Position numbers and translations under genes: made by a program. A DNA stretch of 55,947 bases from Chara braunii (taxonomy: Eukaryota; Plantae; Charophyceae), in contig BFEA01000014.1 in NCBI GenBank assembly GCA_003427395.1, forward strand, positions 2,070,314 through 2,126,260, read 5' to 3'. Below, piece by piece: positions 47,660 through 55,947 of this stretch. Every line of letters starts with the position of its first letter. The stretch's first letter is position 1. The notes beneath the pieces were generated by a model, which saw only the letters and a program-made list of their open reading frames with translations, had not been told where the DNA came from and did no database searches.

Positions 47660-50600
47660 GAAGAAAGAGAGTAAAGGACGACTTGTTTTAGTAGATTTAG
47701 AAGTACAACAGAAAAATTCCCACGAGAAATGAAAGTTGAAAAAACATTCTATAAAAACAAAATGATAAAACATCCTTCATATTTATAAATTATCATTCCA
47801 ATGTTCGTCAAATTCTAAAATTTTCAGTTTTATTTGATAAGTTTCCGTCTAAATATGAGTTTTCCCTTCCAACTACATCTATTTGTTCAAGATGGAATGA
47901 AAGTCTTGACGAGTTTATGACTAATTAAATTTTCATTCTACTACAAGAAATATCTTATAATTTAGATTGGATTAACCTATTTATGACTGAAAATCCTTAC
48001 TTAGAATGACAGTCCAATTAAAATATTTCGTGAATTCGTCCACACTTTCATTCCATCTCTACCATGCATTTCAAATAAGAAGGGATACCCCATTCTTGGA
48101 AGAAAAGTTTCCAAGTAAGACGATAAATTTTAAAATTGGAATGACATTTTTAAAGATAGAATGAAAATTTAAAATTTAGAATGTAATTTCACTATAGAAT
48201 GATTATTTAATTGAGGGAAAGTTTTCCGTTGTATTAAGGAGCAGAGTAGGGACCCTTATAGATACAGGGGCTACTCGTAGTTATATCAGCCGTGGAGCGT
48301 TGAAAAAGCTGAGGCTATGTCTGAAAGTCCAAAAATTGGAAGACCCCATAGTCAGTATCCTCGCAGACAATCGCACGATGCGTGTCGAGGATTATGTAGA
48401 GGGAGTCCAGGCGTATCTTCGCTTAGAAAAGGATGGGAAAGTTGAAAAAGTTCTTCATTCCCTGACTCTCCTCGTAGAAGACATAGTCCTAGATATGGAC
48501 TGGGAAGAGGCAGCAGTGGCCACACTCCACTTAAGAGAGCATGAGTGTAGGCTCCCTAGTCCGTTGGGCGAGGTCAAGACTGCCCGTCTGTTCCATGTGT
48601 CAGGAGTAGACAACTCCCTGGCACATTGCTGTCTTAGTGCTCTCGCGTTTGCGCGATTAGTAAGATAGGAGCAATTAGAGGAGCAAGTCTTCGTAGCCTA
48701 CGTAAGGCCTGTCACTGAGCCTAAGGAGGATAAGCCAATGGATCCAACCATTGCCCAACTGCTGGAAGATTTTAAAGACTTAGCAGAGATGCCGACAAGA
48801 GTAGTACTGCGACCGATCCAGCACCGGATAGAGATAGAGCGTGGCAGTAGGATTCCTAAGGGAGCAGTCTACAGGATGTCCCCAAGGGAGTTAGAGGAGT
48901 TGCGCAAGCATTTAGATGAGCTCTTCGAAAAGGGTTGGATTAGGCCCAGTTCGTCTCCTTTTGGAGCACCAGTGTTATTTGTCCCCAAAAAGGAGGGAGA
49001 GTTACAGATGTGCATAGATGATAGGGTTCTAAATGCGATTACAGTAAAGAATGTTGAGTCGCTGCTCAGGATAGACGATCTATTAGATCGGTGCAGGGTT
49101 GCAGGTATTTTTCGAAGATAGATTTGAAGTCCGGGTATCATCAGATAGAGGTTAATCCTGATGACCAGTACAAGACTGCCTTCTGGACCAGGTATGGGCA
49201 TTATGAGTTTATAGTGATGCCCTTTGGACTGACCAATGCGCCAACCACATTTCAGCGCTTGATGAATGATGTGTTTAGGCCTTGGTTAGATAGATTCGTT
49301 GTAGTTTATTTAGACGATATCTTAGTTTTCAGTAGGACCCTCCAAGAGCATCTGGGTCATTTGAGGCAGGTTTTGGAGAAGCTGAGAGAGGCTAACTTCA
49401 AGATCAATGCAAACAAGTGCGTGTGGGCCAAGACACAAGTTCTGTACTTGGGCCACGTCTTAGACGGAGACTGGATTAAACCTGAGGACAGTAAGATAAT
49501 GGCGATTAAAGATTGGCCGACACCCCGCACACTGACCGAATTGCGGTCGTTCTTAGGCCTAGCTAACGATTATAGAAAGTTCGTTAGGAACTTCTTTACT
49601 ATCGCTGCTCCCCTTCGTAGGTTGCTAAGGAAAGAAGTGATCTGGACGTGGGACAAGATTGTACATCCGCACTTAAAAAGTTAAAAGCGCGCATTGATAG
49701 AGTATCCTGTCCTCAAGGTGGCAGATCCGTCCTTGCCATTTGCCGTCACCACGAACGCGAATCAGTATGATATAGGCGTCGTGTTGCAGCAGGACGACGA
49801 CAATCACTATAGACCTATAGAGTTCATGTTAGAGAACTCTACGCTCTCAGGCAGGCCTTTGAGCACTGAAAGCATTACCTGCTTGGGCGACACTTCAAAG
49901 TATATTTAGACCACAAGACTCTTAGGTGGCTGAAGACGCAGGCCAAGATGACACCTAAGTTGACTAGGTGGGCCGCTGAGATAGACCAGTATGACTTTGA
50001 GATGAAGCCTGTTAAAGACAAGTACAATGTAGTTGCGCATGCTCTAAGTAGGAGATCAGACTGCTTTGGAGCTATAGTCCACTATCTGGATATAGGGACA
50101 GACCTGCAAGCGAAAATACGACAGGCGTATGCGCAGGACCCTAATTATGGTGACCTTCTCAAAAAAGTTAAGGAGGCCCCAAAGACTGAACCACATTACC
50201 GCACTACAAAATGATTACTATTCAAGAGGACCGACGTAGTAGACCATCTATGCGTTCCTAACAGTGAGGAGATCCATAGTTTGATCCTAGGGGAATGTCA
50301 CGACACAGAGGGACATTTTGGTTGGCAAAAGACTTTAGCCAATCTGATGCATACATACACTTGGCCAAAAATGAAAGATGACTGCATAGAGTATGTTCGC
50401 AGTTGCAAAGTCTGCCAAAGGAATAAGACAACTACATGTGCCCCTCTAGGTCTTCTCCGACCCTTGCCTATTCCTGACCAGCCTGGGGATTCAGTCTCCA
50501 TTGACTTCATGGATGCTAACGTCAAGAGTAGGCACGACAAGAGCCAAGTCATGGTTATAGTTGATAGGTTTAGTAAATACGCTATCTTTGTTCCTTTGCC

Positions 50601-51560
50601 TGCAGAGGCACGTACTGATCTAGTAATTCAGAAGTTTTTTTATCATTGGGTGAGTGATCGCGGGATTCCGTTGTCTATAGTTAGCGATAGAGACACCTGG
50701 TTCATTAGTCAGAACTGAGAGTAATTGATCAAAGTCTATGGGTCAAAGTTGCTGATGTGATCTGGCCGTCGTCCAGAGACTAGCAGTTAGACTGAGCAAA
50801 TGAATAAAATCCTACAACATGTTTTGTGCATGTATATTAGATCGGATCAGATCAACTGGGATGAGATGTTGCCCAAGGTAGCCAGTGCGTATAACAATAG
50901 CGTGCACTAAGTCAATTGTTGCACTCCCAATGAGTTGCACAAATCCTTTAGACCCCTCAGACCGTTTGAAGGACTTAACCAGGATAAGATTCATAGGCTA
51001 CCGCCCGGGACTAGGGAGTTTGCGATACAACACGAGAGGGAGATAGCTACCATTGTCGAGAACCTCAGGAAGGCCCAACACCGAATGATAGAGCAGGCTA
51101 ACAAACACCGTCACCCATCACAGTTTCAAGTAGGCGACCTAGTCTGGGTCAAGTCTAAAGAGTTTGATCCTGAGGAAAACATTTCGCAAAAGTTACTGCC
51201 AGCGTACAGAGGACCGTGGCCAGTTCTAGAAGTTAAGGGCGGAGAGGATGGGCTGTCCTATACGATAGAGATCCCAGCACACCTCCATACCTACCCTGTG
51301 TTTCACGCGTCAAAGTTGTTGCCATGTGTCACCAGCTAACAGTTCCATCAAGAAGATCCATGATCCCTCCGGACATGGATGGAAGGTATGACATTGAGGG
51401 CATTGTAGGTGAAGACGTATTCAGAACAGGAGGTAGAGGTCGTTCACAGAAACAGTACAAGGTCCGATTTGCTTATGAGGAACCCGAGGACGACCGTTGG
51501 TTCACTGGAACTGAACTTCTAGAAGCAGCTCCCGACGTTAAGCCTATGAGAGAGAAAAGA
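47660..51560 (+). pseudogene. pol: Gypsy pol (protease, RT, RNase H, integrase, chromodomain) with stops and frameshifts
   Basis: LIDTGAT (~48255), IDLKSGYHQ, MPFGLTNAP, YLDD, HDTEGH...CKVC, SIDF, VSDRD, YPVFHAS, YDIEGIV...YKVRF...W. Confidence 0.95.
47706..48231. mobile_element. AT-rich MITE (copy 2) inserted in the Gypsy protease region
   Basis: TA at 47704-47705 and 48232-48233; removal rejoins LVDLEV-LRSRVGTLIDTGAT. Confidence 0.9.
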
Positions 51561-51624
51561 AAGGTAAAAATCCGGTCTTGGACTGAATTATTCTCGGAGG
51601 ACCTCGAATTTAGGCCGGCGGGAG

Positions 51625-52626
51625 TGAAATGGTATTCACCTGTTTGCAGTAGCAATGCGGATCCCCCGGCTCGATCCCTAGTTCCTACCCTACCTGTGTA
51701 CAGTACCTGTGTCGACCCCGAGAGTTGAACCCGTGACCTGAGTGTTCGCAACAGTAGATAGGCTGTCGTAGGTCCAGAGGTTGTAGGGGTTCGATCTGTA
51801 GACCTGTCGGGTAGAGGTCTTAGCAAGTTCTAGAAGTCGTAGCTGTGGAGTTTCTGAAAGGTCAAGGTCGTAGCTGCTACAGTCCTGAAAGGTCAAGGTC
51901 GTAGCTGCTACAGTGTCAAAGGGCCAAGTCCACAGACTTCCGGAAGGTCCGGAAGCGGCCCTTCGAAGTTTCCTCACGTTTAGACAGAGGCAAGCGGGCA
52001 AGTGGTCAGCTCAACTGCGGTACGTCGGCAGTGCGACTGCATCGAGTTGGCAGTGCCAACCCATGCAGTCAGCGGTACCGGTCCAAGTCAGTCACAGTCC
52101 AGTCAAGCAAGTACCGTGTGGGACTGTGTGCACCAGGGGCATGGGAAAGGGGCAGACCAACGAGTTACAGAAGTATAAATCAAGAGGCAGCGCCCAGCCA
52201 TTGCTTCATTCTTGCGTAAGCCATGCAGAAGCGCTGCTTGAGCGACTTGTGCGAGGTGGTCTGCAGAGCGCCCGAAGCCGAAGTGGGCAAAGTTGAGGTT
52301 GAGTGGCCATAGCCAGCAGGGCTGAGCGGCCATAGCTGCCGTAGGTGGTAGACGAATGTAGGGTGTAAGTGTGTGTGAGACAGTGTGTGGCGTGTGGGAT
52401 ATCCAGGGTGATCCTGAGTTGAGTGTGTGTGAACAGCAGAGTTGAGCTAGTGACGAACAGAGAGTTGTACAGGCGCTGATGCGCCATAGCCATCTGAAGC
52501 GAGCTTGTATCTGAACTGTGTTCTTGATTACCATATCTCTGAGCTTTGAGTGAGCGCTTGTCGCCAGTTTGCTGTGCTACCTGTTTACATGCATGCGAAG
52601 TGGAAAGGAAAGTGAGTCTGATTGCA
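51625..52626 (+). repeat. 3' LTR, preceded by PPT-like AGGCCGGCGGGAG
   Basis: TGAAATGGTATTCA...CTGATTGCA. Confidence 0.93.
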
Positions 52627-53702
52627 ATCGCAGCAGGCTGAGTCAATTTCTGCTCGTGGCTGCTATTACCTACAGGTCATGGGGAGCACCTTAGTTCCCC
52701 GCCATAGTGTAACAGACAGCAAAAGTAAGGCTAGAACTCAGAGTGATTTTTCTTTCACTTCTCCCTTCTTTTCTCTTTCTTTCATTTGGAGGGCTGCAAA
52801 AGCTTTGGGACACTGGACCCATTTACCCGGAGCCGAACCTGAGTAAGGGCCTCAGTTTATTTTGTCCTCGCCAGTCTCCAGGTTGTTCGTGGGGATTCCC
52901 AGCCCCTGTGTAATTGAGTAATGGAAAGCTCTTGCTCTCAAAAAAGAAAAAGAAGGAAAATAAAAGAAAGATGGTGTTGTGGCAGAGTAGGGGGGCTAAC
53001 AGTCTGGTGCAGATGCGCTCGGTGAATTCACAAGACACATATGGTTGTACCATCTTTTGTGTTCTTTATGGTTCTCCCATGTATTCGGCATCCACAAATG
53101 AAATATGAATCTCGAAAACAGGTTCGGCATTCATGCATGTCGGCATGCGCTACGACATGAGAAAATTTTACTGTGGCAGGGAAAGGGAGCTACCAAGACT
53201 TTACTATTCAGTTTGGTATTGTGTTTGTCCCATGCTCAATACTGAGCTGTTCGACTGCCGTGGTCAGCCTTTTGCTTATGGGGCCTGATGACTCCATGAT
53301 GAGCTGCTGTGTATGCCCCCTGGTTCCCTGACTTGCTGTTGCAGTTTTGTCATGATCTCAGGGGCTCGTTAGACACTCCTAAAGGAATCCTAAGAGATTT
53401 AGGACCAGTCCTAAGAGAATTTACTATTTAGGAATTGTGGCGTCGCGGTTGCACTCATTCCTAAAAAGACATCGTTTAGGACCAGTCCCCATCTGGCCGA
53501 CGATGGTCGGAGCTGGGGTGGGTAGCGCTGCCCTGTAACCGAGCCAGATTGGGGTGTGTGACAGGGAAGAGGCCTGATTGGTGCACAGCACAGGCTCAGT
53601 TGTGATTGGTTGGTTGGAATGGATACAGGAAATTAGGGATAGGATAGTATTTGAGTGCTGAGTGGACTAATAATTCTGATTAGTCATCATCTATCTCTAT
53701 TT

Positions 53703-53783
53703 CATCACCTCAATCATCCACTCTATCATCCTGAATCATCCTGAATCATCCTAAATGATCCTAAATGATCCTCAATCATCCCA
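53703..53783. repeat. 10-bp tandem repeat (AATCATCCTR-like)
   Basis: Direct observation. Confidence 0.8.
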
Positions 53784-54339
53784 ATTTTTTAATCATCAAT
53801 GATTATCAATCATCAATGTATTTCCATTATAAGGGACGCTGGGCCCGGTTACCAGCACGTGCTGCTCCCCACGAATAGATTGGAGCAATTTTCAAAAAAA
53901 AAAAAGAAAGACGACATTAAAAAAAATAAAAAAAATAAATTCTGCTTCAGGGTTTCAAGCAATAGGGTGCCGCCATGGTTCAACTTCGGAGGATGCCCTC
54001 TCCACACCCACGCCTTGTTCCTCCAAATTTTTAAATCACCAGTACTTGACCCAGCTATCAAGTCCGAGCCTCGGCCGACCAGTATGCCGAGCCTTGCCGA
54101 GGCTCGAACTACCGGGCGCCAACCTCCCGAACGTCCTTGGAGAAGAACCCGGAAAAAACAACAGAAAAAAAAAAACACAAAATGCAAAAATCAACCACAG
54201 AAAAACGGGATTTACTCTAAAAAACATGGGAAAAAGGAAAAAAAACGGTTAGTACCTCGACATGCACAAAAGACTATAATCAAGCTGGTGTATCTTTGCA
54301 TGTTCACACGGAATACTCACTCTCGTTTTCGTTTTCTGA

Positions 54340-54416
<77 letters not shown>

Positions 54417-54467
54417 AGCAGGCGGATTCATTCCCATTTCGAGTGCAAAAATCAACGACAGAAAAAN

Positions 54468-54550
<83 letters not shown>

Positions 54551-54687
54551 AAAGGCAATGGTGGCGAACATTACTAAAAACCGCAACAGTTACTAACATC
54601 CACACAAGGATGAACTCAACATCTTCCTGCAAAAGTCCGAGGCAAAGCGTCATTCTGAAGCCTTCTCTCCCCCAAAATGGTCATCTG

Positions 54688-55220
54688 CTAAACATGAAAT
54701 GATGACAATGCATGTATGTGTAGACAACGGTCTGCTCCCCCGCTCGCAATCAGCTCCTTTCCACACCAGTGGACCGAAAGAACCTTGTCATTGTGATCGG
54801 TTACTGTGTGCAACGGTATCTTGCTGCGCCTGTCCCAGATCTTGACAGTGTTGTCATGTGATGCTGACAAGAGGAGGTTCTCTGACTTCATCGACCATTT
54901 TACAGCTGTTATCCAATTCTTTTGTGATGACAATTGCATCACAGGAGCAGCAGTATTGGGGACGCTAGGATCCCAAATTCTTAACACATTGTCAGAACCA
55001 CCGGTCACAATGAGAGAAGATGCATCATCATCCTGAACGCTTAAGCAGTGAACGTCTTTGCTACCTGTCATACCTGTCAAAATTAGCGTGTTTCTGTGCG
55101 TAGTCACATCCCACGACCGGATGGAATGGTCACAGGAACCTGAGTAGATTGTCTGTGGATCAGACCAAGCAACGGCGGCGACACACTGTGTATGACCGCG
55201 AGGGTGGCAATTGCAGATAC
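54688..55220 (-). pseudogene. WDR12: C-terminal WD40 repeats of ribosome-biogenesis factor WDR12/YTM1; last exon or retrocopy, probably frameshifted
   Basis: GHTQCVAAVAW...SCDHSIRSWDV...GGSDNVLRIWDP...APVMQLSS.KNWI...LLSASHD...HNDKVLS...SGGAD matches plant WDR12 as recalled; open from 55197 to the stop at 54688. Identity is more certain than pseudogene status. Confidence 0.75.
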
Positions 55221-55947
55221 CTGTTTTAACTGCCCATCTGTGGAGACTTTCGTTTACTTGTTTGTTGGACAGGTGGTATATGATGACGAATCAAATGTCC
55301 TCCCTACTCCTCTTCCCTCTGCACAACCGGATTTCTGGAAGTGCCGGCTGAAGCTTGACACTCTGCTGAGAGAACGATATGTTCATGGCAAATTTTGCTT
55401 CTGAGGAGACCCTCAGCCAAAATGTGTTTGTAACTTGGTATCGCAATTCTAAACAGCATATGTTCTGTCCTGAATTTTATTTTTTTAATTTTTTTTGTGT
55501 GTTGTCAGTAATGGGAAAATAGCCTAGTCCGGAAAGTTTGGAGGTCTCGAGGACTCCTCGGCAGGGAAGGAAAAAAAAAAAGAAAAAGATTGGGACCCTG
55601 TGGGCCCCCGGTGAGAGCAAAGAAAAAACAAAAACCAAGAACTTTGAATCCAGTGATGTGGGGGAAGGGAGGTGGAAGTCACACCAGTGCTTTGAGGAAT
55701 GTATCTGGCCACTATGTGTGGAATGTGATTGCTGCTGTTTTCATGCATTCCTGGGAAAAAAAAGTGAAAACAGCATTAGGACTAGTCCCAAAAAAATTAG
55801 GAATCCCCAGCCAAAAGTACCCGAAAAATGAAGTTCCTCGCGAGGAGCTTAAACCACCAGTACTTGGCCCAGCTATCGGCCGCGGGCCTTCCCCGTTAAC
55901 GCGCCAACACCTTCGGGGGTTGGCCAAGGGAAGGCCCGGTCGCTGCT

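Larger units (their letters stand above)
42834..52626 (+). mobile_element. Full-length decayed Ty3/Gypsy chromovirus LTR retrotransposon
   Basis: Two ~1-kb TG...CA LTRs, PBS, PPT, gag-PR-RT-RH-IN-chromo order; flanks ATTG / ATCG. Confidence 0.96.

Overview
Repeat-rich eukaryotic (streptophyte-like) genomic DNA with five N-gaps. The (GA)n microsatellites, huge intron and Gypsy/LINE content resemble a charophyte alga such as Chara; this is an inference. Host genes: (1) a PEX11c/d/e-type peroxin on the minus strand, with exon 1 at 15514-15726 and exon 2 at 2371-2445, separated by a ~13 kb TE-filled intron; later exons are not visible. (2) The C-terminal half of a WDR12/YTM1 WD40 protein at the right end, apparently frameshifted. 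Mobile DNA: a full-length decayed Ty3/Gypsy chromovirus (42834-52626), a near full-length L1/Tx1-like LINE, two further LINE remnants, tRNA-derived SINE heads, and several MITE families with TA, TTAA or 8-bp target duplications. Most unusual signals: U6 snRNA fragments at two loci that break at the same AGATTAGCATG (AGC triad) site, with TSD-like repeats, A-rich tails and a U6 fold-back, suggesting a U6-targeting retroelement; a covarying pseudoknot just upstream of retroposon poly(A) tails; and a Nextera mate-pair adapter assembled into the contig (artefact). All alignments were done by eye.
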